From Pyrinomonadaceae bacterium (lineage in GTDB: Bacteria > Acidobacteriota > Blastocatellia > Pyrinomonadales > Pyrinomonadaceae): 64,000 nt of DNA. The stretch lies in the NCBI GenBank assembly GCA_046313635.1, contig JBKBYA010000006.1:32001-96000 (forward strand). Direction: 5' to 3'. This document shows positions 1 through 10,531 of this stretch, in pieces. A program made the position numbers and the translations under genes. Below the pieces are notes generated by a model. The model had not been told where the DNA came from. It worked only from the letters and a program-made list of their open reading frames with translations, and searched no databases. Within the stretch, counting starts at the first letter, position 1. Every line of letters begins with the position of its first letter.

Positions 1-312
1 GTCGACGTCTCGTCGCTGTCCGGACGCGACGCCGTCCATGACTACGAGGTCATAAATCGCGAGCTGGCGGCCTACAGCCCCGAACTTGCCAGGCGCCCGC
101 AGATCGTCGTGGCGACCAAAACGGACGCGCTCGACGAGCCCGACCGGCTAGTATCGCTTCGCGAGGCTGCCCAGAGGGACGGCCGAGACTTTGTCGAGAT
201 CTCGTCGGTCGCTAACCGAGGCATACGCGAGCTGATCTCCCTGATCGACCGGCGCCTCGGCGAGATCTCGGCCGACCCTGGCCACCGCGCCGACGTATCG
301 GCGGCGAAATGA
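1..312 (+). CDS. obgE: GTPase ObgE, C-terminal part (truncated by window start)
   Basis: Frame 1 reads VDVSSLSGRDAVHDYEVINRELAAYSPELARRPQIVVATKTD...EISS, matching the Obg G4/G5 region. It precedes nadD-rsfS, as is typical. Confidence 0.9.
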   Translation, partial: VDVSSLSGRDAVHDYEVINRELAAYSPELARRPQIVVATKTDALDEPDRLVSLREAAQRDGRDFVEISSVANRGIRELISLIDRRLGEISADPGHRADVSAAK

Positions 313-324
313 AGGTGCCGCCGC

Positions 325-360
325 TTTGCCAAACCGAGATCTTTTGCCAAACCGAGATCT
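325..360. repeat. Perfect 18-bp tandem duplication (TTTGCCAAACCGAGATCT x2)
   Basis: Read directly at 325-342 and 343-360, immediately before the nadD ATG at 362. Confidence 0.95.
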
Positions 361-361
361 A

Positions 362-1003
362 ATGAAGCGAATAGGTATCTACGGCGGGTCCTTCGATCCC
401 GTCCATCGAGGGCATCTGTTGATCGGCCGTCGCGTCCGCGAACAGTTCGGACTTGACGAGCTCGTCTTCATGCCCGCTTGCCAGGCACCGCATAAACGCC
501 GCAGTCGACCGACCGCGGCGATCGACCGGTACACGATGCTCTGCTTGGCGACCGAGGCCGACGCGTCGCTCAGGGTCTCGAGACTGGAGATCGAGCGGCC
601 CGACCATCCGTACACCTTCGAGACGTTGACCACGCTTAAATCCGATCTTCCGAACGACCGGATCTTTTTCGTGATGGGCGCCGACTCGTGGGCGGATATC
701 ACGACATGGTTTCGCTGGGAGGATCTGCTCGCATTGGCCGATCACATCGTCGTCACTCGGCCTGGCCATCAGATCGCGACGGATCATGTTCCGTGCGAGG
801 TCCGCGATCGGATCGTCGACTGCCGCGGCGTCGAGCGGGCAGAGATCCGCGGCACGGCGTCGATCTATTTCACAGACGCGGTCAACGTCGACATCTCTGC
901 GACGAGAATACGCAGTCGTGCGGCCGCGGGGGACGACTCGTGGCGTTCCGACGTGCCGGAAAACGTTGCAAATTACATCGAAAAATATCAGATTTATAGC
1001 TAA
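362..1003 (+). CDS. nadD: Nicotinate-nucleotide adenylyltransferase
   Basis: IGIYGGSFDPVHRGH (HxGH), FVMGADS and ISATRIR motifs. ATG 362 preferred over TTG 326, which lies in the duplication. Confidence 0.95.
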   Translation: MKRIGIYGGSFDPVHRGHLLIGRRVREQFGLDELVFMPACQAPHKRRSRPTAAIDRYTMLCLATEADASLRVSRLEIERPDHPYTFETLTTLKSDLPNDRIFFVMGADSWADITTWFRWEDLLALADHIVVTRPGHQIATDHVPCEVRDRIVDCRGVERAEIRGTASIYFTDAVNVDISATRIRSRAAAGDDSWRSDVPENVANYIEKYQIYS

Positions 1004-1431
1004 TGGAAGAACTACAGGAAAAGACCCTGCGTCACACGACGTCGGTCGGCGAGATCTCTGACGGCCGTACGCCATTCTCCGAGCTCGACCCCGAGATCAG
1101 ACTGGCTCTCCACTCCGCATCCGAAAAGAAGGCCTTGGATCTCGTCGTTCTCGACCTGAGAGAGATCGCCAGCTTTGCCGAGTTCTTTGTGATCGCGAGC
1201 GGTTCAAATCAGCGTCAGGTGCAGGCCATCTGCGACGCGATCGACGAGCGGCTGCGTAAAGAGCATCAGAGCAGGCCGGTTCGGGTCGAGGGATACGCGT
1301 CCGCTGAATGGGTGCTGATGGATTACGGCGATTTCATCTTTCACGTATTCAATAAGGAATCCCGCGAATTCTATGATCTCGAACGCCTCTGGCGTGACGC
1401 TCGGCGCGTCGAACTGCCTTCGGAGTTATAA
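1003..1431 (+). CDS. rsfS: Ribosome silencing factor
   Basis: EKKALD, FVIASGSNQRQV, WVLMDYGD and FYDLERLW motifs; adjacent to nadD. Confidence 0.95.
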   Translation: MEELQEKTLRHTTSVGEISDGRTPFSELDPEIRLALHSASEKKALDLVVLDLREIASFAEFFVIASGSNQRQVQAICDAIDERLRKEHQSRPVRVEGYASAEWVLMDYGDFIFHVFNKESREFYDLERLWRDARRVELPSEL

Positions 1432-1446
1432 ACAAGGATCATAAAA

Positions 1447-4143
1447 ATGTTTCGAGGACTCTCGTTTTATTTGCTCTGGGCCTTGATCCTTGCGGGTACC
1501 GCCGGAGCCCAGTCAACGCGCGAACTCTCGGGGACGGTCGCTGACCGGGCCGGCGCAAAGGTTGCCGGAGCTGTCGTCTCGATCCGCGAACCTGTGAGAC
1601 GAACGGTCGTCACCGACGGAGAAGGCAGCTTCTCTTTTGGCCCACTTCCCTTTGGCGTGTACGTCGTTCATATTTCGGCAAGCGGCTTTGGCGAGATCTC
1701 GCGGACCGTCAGGCTCGACGCGGCGTCCGGCCCGCTCTCGATCACGCTCGACATCGGCGAACTTAACGCCACCGTGACGGCCGAGGTCGGCGAGGAGACA
1801 GATCGCCAAAACGTTCCTCAGGCGGTCAATCTCATCGGCGGCCGCGAGATCCTTGAACGGGCCAATCCCATTCTGGCGCAGGCCGCGCAAGAGGAGACGG
1901 GCGTCAATGTCCAGCGGACGAGTCCGACGCTCGGGGGCATCTTTGTCCGCGGCCTTGTGGGTACCAAGGTCAACGTTTTTGTCGACGGCGTCCGCTACAC
2001 GACCAGCGCCCAGCGCGGCGGGATCAGCACATTCTTTAACCTCAACGATCCGTCGGGGATCGAATCGATGGAGATACTTCGCGGCTCGAGCAGCGCGCAG
2101 TACGGCTCGGACGCGCTCGGCGGAACGATCGGCATCATTTCCAAGAGCCCGGTCCTAGGCGACAAGCGGCCGGAGCTTCACGGCGAAATCGGCGGTTCGT
2201 ACAACAGCGCCGACCGTGCGGCCGGTGGGTCGATCTTGTTGAGCTACGGCACAAACCGTCTCGGCGGCTACATCGGCCTCGCCGGGCGCCGCGTCGGCGA
2301 GATCCGGACGGCGGACGGACTCGATTCGCACTCGGCGTTGACACGCTTTCTCGGGCTGCGGTCCGATATTCTGGGCACGCGGCTGCCCGACACCGGATTC
2401 AAACAGTACGGCGGAAAGCTTCGTCTCAACTACTCGCCGAGCGCCGGGCAGCAGTTGGTCTTTCATTATTCTCGAAACCAGCAGGACGACGGCAAGCGTT
2501 ACGACCAGCTGCTTGGCGGCGACGGCAATCTCATCGCCGACCTAAAAAACCTGATGCTCGACCTCGGTTTCATCAGGTATGTCAGGCAGAGGTTTCTCGG
2601 TTTTGACGAGTTCTCGGTCACGGGCAGCTTTAACAGCCAGCGAGAGGAGCGAGTCAATCAGGGCGGACAGGGCGACCCGCTCGGCACGATCACGCACCAG
2701 TACGAGAGAACGACGGCGACGGGATTCAATTTTTTCCTAAACAAATCGCTCGCTTCGAGGCACTCTCTCACCTTCGGCGGCGATCTATACTCGGAGCGGG
2801 TCAATTCGCCCGCATACACGTATAACCCGCGGACCAGCGTCGTCCGGCCATCGCGGCCGCGAATCCCCGACAAGTCGCGATACCTGCTCGGCGGTGCATA
2901 TCTCCAGGACGTTTGGCAGGCGATACCGGAACGCCTGCGCGTGAGCGGCTCCATTCGCTGGAACGGAGCCCGCTATCGGGCACGGGCCGCGGATAGCCCC
3001 GTCGTCGCGGGGCAGCCGCTTTGGAATGATGATTCGCTTCGGACAGGCGATCTGTCGGGACGGATCGGCGCCGTCTACAGGCTTGTCGGCGGCCTGAGGA
3101 TCGCGGCGAGCTACAGCCGCGGATTTCGCGCGCCGAGCATCACGGATCTCGGTACGCTAGGCCTGACGGGTGACGGATTCGAGGCCGACTTTCAATCGGC
3201 GGCCGCATTCGGCGGAACGATCGGCACTACCGCGGGCATAGACGCCGTTGATACGCGGCTTCCGGTCGAGCGGCAAAGGTCGGAGATCACCGACAACATC
3301 GATCTTGGCGTGCGTTATGCATCGCGGCGATTCGAGACCGAGACGACAGTGTTTTTGATCGACTTTCGAGATGCGATCACGAAGCAGACACTGATCCTGC
3401 CGCAGGGTTCGGTCGGCCGGACGTTGGGCGATCAGACGATCACGGGCCAGCTCCCGAGCGGCGCGGTATTCGTCCCGCTTTCGACGTCGCCGGTGCTGAT
3501 CAGGGCGAATTACACCGGAGCGCGGATCTACGGATTTGAGTTCGAGACCGAGGCCCGCATAACGCGCGATCTCAAATTTGCGGGAAACTACACATTCATA
3601 CATTCCGAGGACAAAGAGACAGGGTTGCCGCCGAATATCGAAGGCGGAACGCCGCCGCCGACCGGTTTTGTGAGCCTCAAGTACGAGCCTGCCGGAAGCT
3701 GGTTTTGGCTAGAGGTCTTCTCGACGCTGGCTGCAAAGCAGGACCGCCTGTCGAATCTCGACCTGAGCGACCGTCGTACCGGCGCGACGCGGTCCCGAAC
3801 GCAGATACAAAACTTTTTCCGCCGCGGCGCGTGCGTGCGCGGCTTGACCAACGATCCGGACGCCATGTGCGGAACCGGCGACGAGACGATCCTGCTGCCG
3901 ACGGGCGAGACGATCCTGCAGGTGCAGAACCGGGTCCTCGGCCCGGGCGTCAATGCGGCGCCGATGTTCACGTACCTGCCGTCGTACGCGCTTTTGAGCG
4001 TGCGGGGCGGATTGCGATTTCGAGAGCGTTCGCAGATCTTTTGGGCATTTGAGAATATCCTCGATGCACAGCATCGCAACCCGAGCTGGGGCATCGACGG
4101 CCCGGGACGCAACATTCGCGTCGGGTATATCTACCGATTCTGA
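1447..4143 (+). CDS. TonB-dependent receptor with N-terminal carboxypeptidase-regulatory-like domain
   Basis: Signal peptide; plug motif (IESMEILRGSSSAQYGSDALGGTI); FRAPS motif; C-terminal PGRNIRVGYIYRF beta-signal. Confidence 0.9.
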   Translation: MFRGLSFYLLWALILAGTAGAQSTRELSGTVADRAGAKVAGAVVSIREPVRRTVVTDGEGSFSFGPLPFGVYVVHISASGFGEISRTVRLDAASGPLSITLDIGELNATVTAEVGEETDRQNVPQAVNLIGGREILERANPILAQAAQEETGVNVQRTSPTLGGIFVRGLVGTKVNVFVDGVRYTTSAQRGGISTFFNLNDPSGIESMEILRGSSSAQYGSDALGGTIGIISKSPVLGDKRPELHGEIGGSYNSADRAAGGSILLSYGTNRLGGYIGLAGRRVGEIRTADGLDSHSALTRFLGLRSDILGTRLPDTGFKQYGGKLRLNYSPSAGQQLVFHYSRNQQDDGKRYDQLLGGDGNLIADLKNLMLDLGFIRYVRQRFLGFDEFSVTGSFNSQREERVNQGGQGDPLGTITHQYERTTATGFNFFLNKSLASRHSLTFGGDLYSERVNSPAYTYNPRTSVVRPSRPRIPDKSRYLLGGAYLQDVWQAIPERLRVSGSIRWNGARYRARAADSPVVAGQPLWNDDSLRTGDLSGRIGAVYRLVGGLRIAASYSRGFRAPSITDLGTLGLTGDGFEADFQSAAAFGGTIGTTAGIDAVDTRLPVERQRSEITDNIDLGVRYASRRFETETTVFLIDFRDAITKQTLILPQGSVGRTLGDQTITGQLPSGAVFVPLSTSPVLIRANYTGARIYGFEFETEARITRDLKFAGNYTFIHSEDKETGLPPNIEGGTPPPTGFVSLKYEPAGSWFWLEVFSTLAAKQDRLSNLDLSDRRTGATRSRTQIQNFFRRGACVRGLTNDPDAMCGTGDETILLPTGETILQVQNRVLGPGVNAAPMFTYLPSYALLSVRGGLRFRERSQIFWAFENILDAQHRNPSWGIDGPGRNIRVGYIYRF

Positions 4144-4176
4144 TCATGCCGCGGCGAAAGCGGCACCACCCTTTAA

Positions 4177-4629
4177 ATGAAACTTCGTTTCGTCTGGGTC
4201 GGAAAGACCAAGGACCGCAACTATAAGGCGCTTGAGGACGAGTACCTCGGGCGCCTTCGCCGCTTTGCAACTGTTGAAATAGTCGAAGTTCGCGACGCCC
4301 AACCGCCCGACCGAAAACAAACCGAAAGCCAACGGATACTGGAAAAACTGAATCCAACGACTTACGTTTGCCTCCTCGATGTCGAGGGCAAACACCTCTC
4401 CTCTCGTCAGCTTGCTGCCGAGCTGGAAGCTTGGCAGAACCGGGGACTGAAGGAAGTTGTATTCGTTATCGGAGGCTCCGACGGGGTCACGGACGCCGTT
4501 GGACAAAGGGCTGATCTCAGGCTATCTTTATCGTTTATGACTTTCACGCACGAAATGGCGCGCGTGATCTTATTGGAGCAGCTTTATCGGTCCTACACAA
4601 TTTTAAGGGGTTTTCCGTATCAAAAATGA
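4177..4629 (+). CDS. rlmH: 23S rRNA (pseudouridine-1915-N3)-methyltransferase
   Basis: FVIGGSDG, SLSFMTFTHEMARVILLEQLYR and C-terminal PYQK SPOUT motifs. Confidence 0.95.
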   Translation: MKLRFVWVGKTKDRNYKALEDEYLGRLRRFATVEIVEVRDAQPPDRKQTESQRILEKLNPTTYVCLLDVEGKHLSSRQLAAELEAWQNRGLKEVVFVIGGSDGVTDAVGQRADLRLSLSFMTFTHEMARVILLEQLYRSYTILRGFPYQK

Positions 4630-4982
4630 GCAAATTGAATTTAAAGCAGATCAAGCAGAGGCTCCTCGACGAGCGAGAATCACTGATCGGCAAGCTTAGC
4701 GGCAACGATCTTTCGATCGATGACTCAGAGACGCCGGACCCGGTCGATCTGGCGGTCCGAAACTATTCCAAGAACGTAATGCTCGCGGTCTCCGAGAACG
4801 AAAGCAAGCAATTGGTCCTGATCGACGAGGCGCTGCGGCGCATCGACGACGACGAGTACGGCGAGTGCCAGAACTGTGAGGAGCCTATCAATCCAAAGCG
4901 GCTCGCCGCGATCCCGTGGGCTCGCTACTGCCTCAACTGTCAGGCACTGCTTGAGCAGGGACTGCTCGACGAAGACGAATAG
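4626..4982 (+). CDS. TraR/DksA family C4 zinc-finger transcription factor
   Basis: DPVDLA acidic tip; YGECQNCEEPINPKRLAAIPWARYCLNC; ATGA overlap with rlmH. Confidence 0.9.
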   Translation: MSKLNLKQIKQRLLDERESLIGKLSGNDLSIDDSETPDPVDLAVRNYSKNVMLAVSENESKQLVLIDEALRRIDDDEYGECQNCEEPINPKRLAAIPWARYCLNCQALLEQGLLDEDE

Positions 4983-5011
4983 ACCGGAGCAAGGGACCGG
5001 ATATTTCGCAG

Positions 5012-5038
5012 GCGGGGACCGACCGGTCCCCGCTTTTT
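5012..5038 (+). terminator. Intrinsic terminator after dksA-like gene
   Basis: GCGGGGACCG-ac-CGGTCCCCGC followed by TTTTT. Confidence 0.8.
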
Positions 5039-5057
5039 ATTTTGTTATTGCGCTAGA

Positions 5058-5795
5058 ATGGCGGCCGTGCTGAGCGATCTGCTGGACCCGTTGATCTCGA
5101 TCGCGTTCCCGAGCGCCTGCCTTGTCTGCGGAGCCTCGGTCGATCGCCGGGATGACGGCGCCGCATGCGGCGCTTGCTGGAGCGCGACACGACTGCTCGG
5201 TGACATTCAGAATAGTTGTCTCAGATGCTGCGCGATCACGCCGCTCGCCTCGCAGGCCGACTCCTGCCCGGAATGCGAATCGGCCGACTTCGACCGTGCG
5301 GTTTCAGCCGGCGTCTACGAAAAGGCCCTCGCTGCCGCCGTGTGGCATCTCAAGCACCGTCCCGTCGCCGCTCCGCGGGCGCTCGCTGCGCTGGACCGAG
5401 CTATCGCTTCGATCGAACGGGACGTTCCGCGGCTGATCGTGCCGGTGCCGCAGTCGCGTAAGCGAACTCTCGAGCGCGGTTTCAACCAGGCCGAGGTCCT
5501 CGCTCGATATGTCGCACGCCGCATCGGCCGACCGATCTGCACAGGAGTCCTCGTTCGTTCGACGCACACCCCTAAGCACCGCGGCGGGATGGACCGCAAG
5601 GCTCGGGCCGCAACGGTGGCCAAGGCATTCGAGGCCAGAATCCCGAAGCTCATCGACGGCTCGAACGTTCTGCTCGTGGACGACGTGCTCACCTCAGGCT
5701 CGACGGCGTCGGCATGCGCGGCGGTACTAAAAGAGAAAGGCGCGGCGAGGGTAGATGTGATCACCCTGGCACGCGCCGTGATGCAGTCGAACTGA
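5058..5795 (+). CDS. comF: ComF family phosphoribosyltransferase-domain protein
   Basis: N-terminal double zinc ribbon (CLVC, CGAC, CLRC, CPEC), RGFNQA and LLVDDVLTSGST. The start may instead be GTG 5067. Confidence 0.85.
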   Translation: MAAVLSDLLDPLISIAFPSACLVCGASVDRRDDGAACGACWSATRLLGDIQNSCLRCCAITPLASQADSCPECESADFDRAVSAGVYEKALAAAVWHLKHRPVAAPRALAALDRAIASIERDVPRLIVPVPQSRKRTLERGFNQAEVLARYVARRIGRPICTGVLVRSTHTPKHRGGMDRKARAATVAKAFEARIPKLIDGSNVLLVDDVLTSGSTASACAAVLKEKGAARVDVITLARAVMQSN

Positions 5796-5805
5796 CGCTC
5801 CCGAC

Positions 5806-7845
5806 TTACGGGGCGTCGTACTTCGGCACAGGCAGGTCGGTCCCCAAGCCCCACTGCGCGGCAAAGAAGGAACCGTTCGAACTCCTTAAGACATACCAAA
5901 CGCCCGTCGACGGTCGGAACACGCTGACATCGTCTCTGCCATCACCGTCGTAGTCGCCGACCACCGGAATGTCCTCGCTGATCCCCCATTGAATGTACTG
6001 GGCCGCCCCATTCGAACTCTGCAGTATGTACCAGACGCCCGTCGACGGCCGGTAAACGGCGGGATCCATCTTCTGATCGCCGTCAAAATCGCCAGCCGCC
6101 GGGATATCTCCGTTCTGCCCCCAGCTGACCGAACGGAAGCCCGCGGTCGCCGGCGAGCCGCTCGGCGACCACCACCACTGTCCGGTCAGCGGCCTAAAGA
6201 TCGCGCGATCGGCGAGGCCGTCCCCGTCGTAATCGCCCGGCGTCGGAATGTCGCCGCTCGAGCCGAATCCAAAATTGCCGACCGCCGAGCTTGAGGAGAA
6301 ATGGATCGTCCAAACCTGATTCGACGGCCGGTAAACAGCGATATCCGCCTTTGCATCGCCATCGTAATCGGCCGCGACCGGGATGTCGCCGCTCGCTCCG
6401 GCGACGGCTATCGTCGTCGTATTCGTCGAGCTCTTAAAGATGTACCAAACGCCGGTCGACGGCCTGAAAACGGCCACATCGGTTATGTTGTCGCCATCGT
6501 AATCCTCCGGCACCGGAATGTCGTCCGAGAGGCCGTAGCCCTGGATGCGGTTGGTCGAGTTCGAGCTGTGGTTGACATACCAGAGCCCCGAGCCCGGGCG
6601 AAAGATCGAGAGGTCGGTCTTTAGATCGCCGTCAAAATCGGCCGACGACCGAGCTCGCGTGATCCGGTCGATCTGGCCGTTGCTGTAACAGACGTAGATC
6701 TCGCCGTTGTTGTCCTGGCCAAACGAGACGATGTTCCGCGGCGTATCGATGAGCAAGCTCGAACTCGTGCCGTTCCAGAGAAAGATCTCGCCCGTGCAGT
6801 AGTCGGCGTAAACGTACGAGCCCGCCGGCAGACTTCCCTGCGTCCCGCGATAGACGAATCCGCCCGTGACGGAACACCGCCCGGAACTGTGCGAATACTG
6901 GAACAGCGGCGGGATGTACGTCGTCGGCGGATTGGTGCAAAGCGTCGGATCGATATTCGTGCACTGCGTGCCCTCGTAGACGCGCCAGCCGTAATTGCCG
7001 CCGCCCGAGGTCACGACGTTGACCTCCTCGAGCGCGTTCTGGCCGACATCGGCGATCCAGAGGTCCCCGTTCTGCCGATCAAAAGACCATCGCCAAGGGT
7101 TTCGCATACCGATCGTCCAGATCTCCTGACAAGTCACGCCAGCGGTCGTGCTGCCGCCGTCGCAGCGGCTCGTTCCCGCGCCGACGAAAGGGTTGGTCGG
7201 CGGGATCAGGTACGGCACCTGAGAGCCCTGCGGGATATTCACATCGATGCGAAGCATCTTGCCGAGCAGCAGCGATCGATTCTGCGCCCGATTGCCCGGG
7301 TCGTTGGCCGAGCCGCCGTCGCCCATGCCGATATACAGATAGCCGTCCGGGCCGAATTCGACATTTCCGCCGTTATGATTTGTGAACGGCTGCGGGATCG
7401 TAAGCAGGATCCGCTCGGTCGCCGGATCGCCCTGATTCGGATTGGCAAGGCTGGCCGCGTACTCAGCGATCACGGTCGCTCCGTCGCCGACCCGTGTATA
7501 GTTGACGTAAAACTTTCCGTTCGTCGCGAACTGCGGGTGGAACGTCATCCCCAAGAGGCCGCGCTCGTCGCCGCCGCTCACCGGTATGACGATCTTTCCG
7601 GTAAGGTCCAGGAATGTCGTGGGCGATGTCGACCCGGGCTGCAGCACGCGTATCAGTCCGCCCTGCTGCACTATAAAGAGGCGCTTGGTCGCATCCGGCG
7701 AGCTCCTGATCAAAACCGGACGGCTCAGGCCCGTAAGGAAAGTTTGCAGCCGCGGCGTATACGGAGCGGGCACGCCCTGAGCAAATGCGCTCGCCGCCCA
7801 TAGAGTGACGACGAGCAGTAAGATCGAACGGACAATGTTTTTCAT
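5806..7845 (-). CDS. Secreted PQQ-dependent glucose/sorbosone dehydrogenase family protein with six C-terminal FG-GAP-like repeats
   Basis: Signal peptide from MKNIVRS; ERGLLG, NHNGG, GDGG, GMRNPWR and NYGW motifs; six D(F/Y)DGD repeats. Confidence 0.88.
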   Translation of the reverse strand: MKNIVRSILLLVVTLWAASAFAQGVPAPYTPRLQTFLTGLSRPVLIRSSPDATKRLFIVQQGGLIRVLQPGSTSPTTFLDLTGKIVIPVSGGDERGLLGMTFHPQFATNGKFYVNYTRVGDGATVIAEYAASLANPNQGDPATERILLTIPQPFTNHNGGNVEFGPDGYLYIGMGDGGSANDPGNRAQNRSLLLGKMLRIDVNIPQGSQVPYLIPPTNPFVGAGTSRCDGGSTTAGVTCQEIWTIGMRNPWRWSFDRQNGDLWIADVGQNALEEVNVVTSGGGNYGWRVYEGTQCTNIDPTLCTNPPTTYIPPLFQYSHSSGRCSVTGGFVYRGTQGSLPAGSYVYADYCTGEIFLWNGTSSSLLIDTPRNIVSFGQDNNGEIYVCYSNGQIDRITRARSSADFDGDLKTDLSIFRPGSGLWYVNHSSNSTNRIQGYGLSDDIPVPEDYDGDNITDVAVFRPSTGVWYIFKSSTNTTTIAVAGASGDIPVAADYDGDAKADIAVYRPSNQVWTIHFSSSSAVGNFGFGSSGDIPTPGDYDGDGLADRAIFRPLTGQWWWSPSGSPATAGFRSVSWGQNGDIPAAGDFDGDQKMDPAVYRPSTGVWYILQSSNGAAQYIQWGISEDIPVVGDYDGDGRDDVSVFRPSTGVWYVLRSSNGSFFAAQWGLGTDLPVPKYDAP

Positions 7846-7968
7846 TTGATACTCAACCCCTGTGAAGTATGCGGAAAGTGCGAGGTCCTGGTCTCGGCAA
7901 CCAATTTCTTCCGTGTAATGGGTAAATCGATTGTATTCGTGCGACGGCGGCGGTGGCAAGAAGTTTGT

Positions 7969-9045
7969 TCAGACGCGGTATCTGAGCTTTTTGCCGGTGC
8001 CGGCCGGGTCGCCGTTGTCGATGTTTTGAAGTCGAAGCGTGATGTCCGCGGTCATATCGAGCGACGCTCGTTCGCCGCGCGCAAGATGCGCATGGCCGGC
8101 GGCCGCGATCATTGCGGCGTTGTCGGTCGAGAGATGCTTTGACGGGAAGTATACCGGCACACCGAGTCTGCCCGCGGCTGCTTCGGCCGCCGAACGCAAG
8201 GCCAGATTACACGCGACGCCGCCCGCGACGATCAGCGTCTGCGGCCGACGCTGGCGGGCCAGTTTTTCCATCGTTCCGACGAGCGAGTCGACAACACTCG
8301 CCTGAAAGCTCGCCGCAAGGTCTTTGATCGCCGGGGTCGGCTCGTCGCCCGGCCGCAGCGGCTCGATGCCGTTTTCGCGAACGTAGCGGGAGACCGCGGT
8401 CTTAAGGCCGCTGAAGCTCATATCCAGCCGGCCGTCGGAGATCTTTGCCTTGCTGAAGCGGACCGCCTTTGCGTCGCCCTCGCGAGCCAGCCGCTCGATG
8501 ATCGGTCCGCCCGGGTAGCCGAGGCCGAGCATCTTCGCGATCTTGTCAAAGGCCTCGCCTGCCGCGTCGTCGCGCGTACGCGAGACGATCTCGTATCTGC
8601 CTTCTTCGGGCACAAAGAAGATGTTCGTGTGGCCGCCGGAGACTATCAGGGCCATCGCCGGAAACGTGATCGGCGGATTGTCGAACGCCACCGAATAGAA
8701 ATGTCCCTCGATGTGATTGACGCCGACGAGCGGGACGTCGAGCGCAAAGGCAAGCGCCTTTGCGTAACAGACGCCGACGAGCAGCGAACCGATAAGGCCC
8801 GGCCCCTGCGTCACGGCGACCGCGTCGATCTCCTCGAGTTCGACCCTCGCCTCGTCGAGTGCCTGGGCGATGACGGGCTCGATCTTTTCGAGATGCTCGC
8901 GCGAGGCCAGCTCGGGCACGACGCCGCCGAAGGGCCGGTGAAGTTCGATCTGCGACGAGATGACCGACGACAATATCTCGCGGCCGTCACGCACGACGGC
9001 GGCCGCGGTCTCGTCGCACGAGCTTTCGATACCGAGTACGAGCAC
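7969..9045 (-). CDS. tsaD: tRNA N6-adenosine threonylcarbamoyltransferase
   Basis: [42 protein letters not shown] and TDNAAMIA motifs. Confidence 0.97.
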   Translation of the reverse strand: MLVLGIESSCDETAAAVVRDGREILSSVISSQIELHRPFGGVVPELASREHLEKIEPVIAQALDEARVELEEIDAVAVTQGPGLIGSLLVGVCYAKALAFALDVPLVGVNHIEGHFYSVAFDNPPITFPAMALIVSGGHTNIFFVPEEGRYEIVSRTRDDAAGEAFDKIAKMLGLGYPGGPIIERLAREGDAKAVRFSKAKISDGRLDMSFSGLKTAVSRYVRENGIEPLRPGDEPTPAIKDLAASFQASVVDSLVGTMEKLARQRRPQTLIVAGGVACNLALRSAAEAAAGRLGVPVYFPSKHLSTDNAAMIAAAGHAHLARGERASLDMTADITLRLQNIDNGDPAGTGKKLRYRV

Positions 9046-9083
9046 ATTTAGATTCTTGCCGCTCGCGCGCCTTTGTGCAAATT

Positions 9084-9110
9084 AAAAAAGGCGTCCCGTT
9101 AAGAGACGCC
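9084..9110 (-). terminator. Intrinsic terminator (minus strand)
   Basis: Minus strand GGCGTC...GACGCC followed by TTTTTT, downstream of the small gene 9200-9415. Confidence 0.7.
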
Positions 9111-9199
9111 GTCACGCCGTGAGGCCAAGATCATTACAAAGTAACCCACCCCTTGCTCGTTCTATTAATTTGTAAGAATGTAATGATCGATCCGCATCG

Positions 9200-9415
9200 T
9201 CATCGACCGACGTTATCCTGACTTGGTCCGACAGCAGGAGAATGCGGACTCTTGTCAGTAAGATTCCCGATCACACCACCAAAAAAGAGTATCGCCAAAA
9301 TGAGGACAAAGGCTCCGATGGACAGCAGGGCCCAGTAGATCCCTCGATACGCTTTTGCGGTATCTTCGCGAACTCCGATATCACTGCCGCTTGAATCACT
9401 CATTTGTTTTGCCAT
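9200..9415 (-). CDS. Small single-pass membrane protein, hypothetical
   Basis: ATG 9415 preceded by GGAAAGGA; one hydrophobic helix (GIYWALLSIGAFVLILAILFFGGVI); terminator downstream. Confidence 0.65.
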   Translation of the reverse strand: MAKQMSDSSGSDIGVREDTAKAYRGIYWALLSIGAFVLILAILFFGGVIGNLTDKSPHSPAVGPSQDNVGR

Positions 9416-9628
9416 ATCCTTTCCGCGATCCCGCTGCAATTTGTGCAATGGCCGTGCCAGCCTCGACGGCGGCGTATTTAGCCGCATTTGGCGGCGGAAC
9501 GGCGGGCGATCGCCCCGCGGCCAGTACTGTTTGAGTACATTCAGCGTATCGGACAAAGCTCTGCCGTGAATGAAAAAAATATTTTCTCGAGAGCGCGCGG
9601 GTGATGTATCTTACTTCCATAAAGGCAT

Positions 9629-10003
9629 ATGATCCCGGATCGCCCTTATTGGATCGAAATGGAAGACCGCAGCGACTATCTATGGGTCGCTGTCGGCGGC
9701 GACAGGCTGGACGCGCAGATCTCTGCCGCCTATTGGAATGAGATCGCCGAACGATGCTTTGAGTCGGGCCAAGACCGCATCCTGATCGAAAAGGATTTTC
9801 CCAAGCCGGTCGATCCGCCCGAGATGCTGCAGATGGCCGAGCATCTCGGCCGCCTGCTGCCGAACCGGCGTATCGCGTTCTACGATCGTCACGGCCACAA
9901 AAGCATCAATGAGCTCGGCAAGCGGCTCGCCCGCAATCGCGACGTGCTGATGCAGGTCTTTGATTCGACCGACGAGGCAGAAAAGTGGCTCCGCGCGAAT
10001 TAG
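9629..10003 (+). CDS. Hypothetical protein, STAS/SpoIIAA-like fold
   Basis: 124 aa with C-terminal VFDSTDEAEKWL, typical of STAS/SEC14-like proteins. Confidence 0.65.
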   Translation: MIPDRPYWIEMEDRSDYLWVAVGGDRLDAQISAAYWNEIAERCFESGQDRILIEKDFPKPVDPPEMLQMAEHLGRLLPNRRIAFYDRHGHKSINELGKRLARNRDVLMQVFDSTDEAEKWLRAN

Positions 10004-10114
10004 ACCCGCTCAAGCCGCGGCCTGGATCCGATCGTTTGCCGAACCCCCGAGTTGTACTACTAAGAAATAGACCGCAGTACCGAAGTTAAGACCGTTCGCT
10101 CACAGGAGGATCTG

Positions 10115-10528
10115 ATGGGAAGAAAGATTCTTGGCATCGTCGCCGGCTGGATAACGGCGTGGGCCATTTTTGCTTTGTTTGAAATGATCGCGTCGGCCTT
10201 TGCCCCGCAGCCGCCCGGCAATCTCAGCCATATGACGACCGACGAAGTGAGACGATTTATGCTCTCGCTGCCGCCGAGCGGATACGTGATGATGCTTGTC
10301 GGGTACGTTATCGGCTCGTTCGCCGGCGGATGGATGGCGACAAAGGTCGCGCAGGCGCGCACGACGCCCGCCTTTGCTCTGATCGTGGGCGTGCTGCTGA
10401 TGCTTGTCGGCGTCGCTAAATTCTTTGTGCTGCTCCCTGGTCAGCCGATGTGGTTCATCGCCGCGTCGATGATCACTTACATTCCGCTGGCGTATCTCGG
10501 CTACCTGGTCGGGCACCGGCGGAGCTGA
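10115..10528 (+). CDS. Hypothetical four-TM membrane protein
   Basis: AGGAGG RBS; four hydrophobic segments; GQPMWF motif. Confidence 0.8.
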   Translation: MGRKILGIVAGWITAWAIFALFEMIASAFAPQPPGNLSHMTTDEVRRFMLSLPPSGYVMMLVGYVIGSFAGGWMATKVAQARTTPAFALIVGVLLMLVGVAKFFVLLPGQPMWFIAASMITYIPLAYLGYLVGHRRS

Positions 10529-10531
10529 CTT

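Noticed and set aside
4993..5033. Possible antiterminator (GGGACCGG pairing with the terminator 3' arm) controlling comF
   Set aside because: The local 10-bp terminator stem should dominate, and comF has its own -10-like element.
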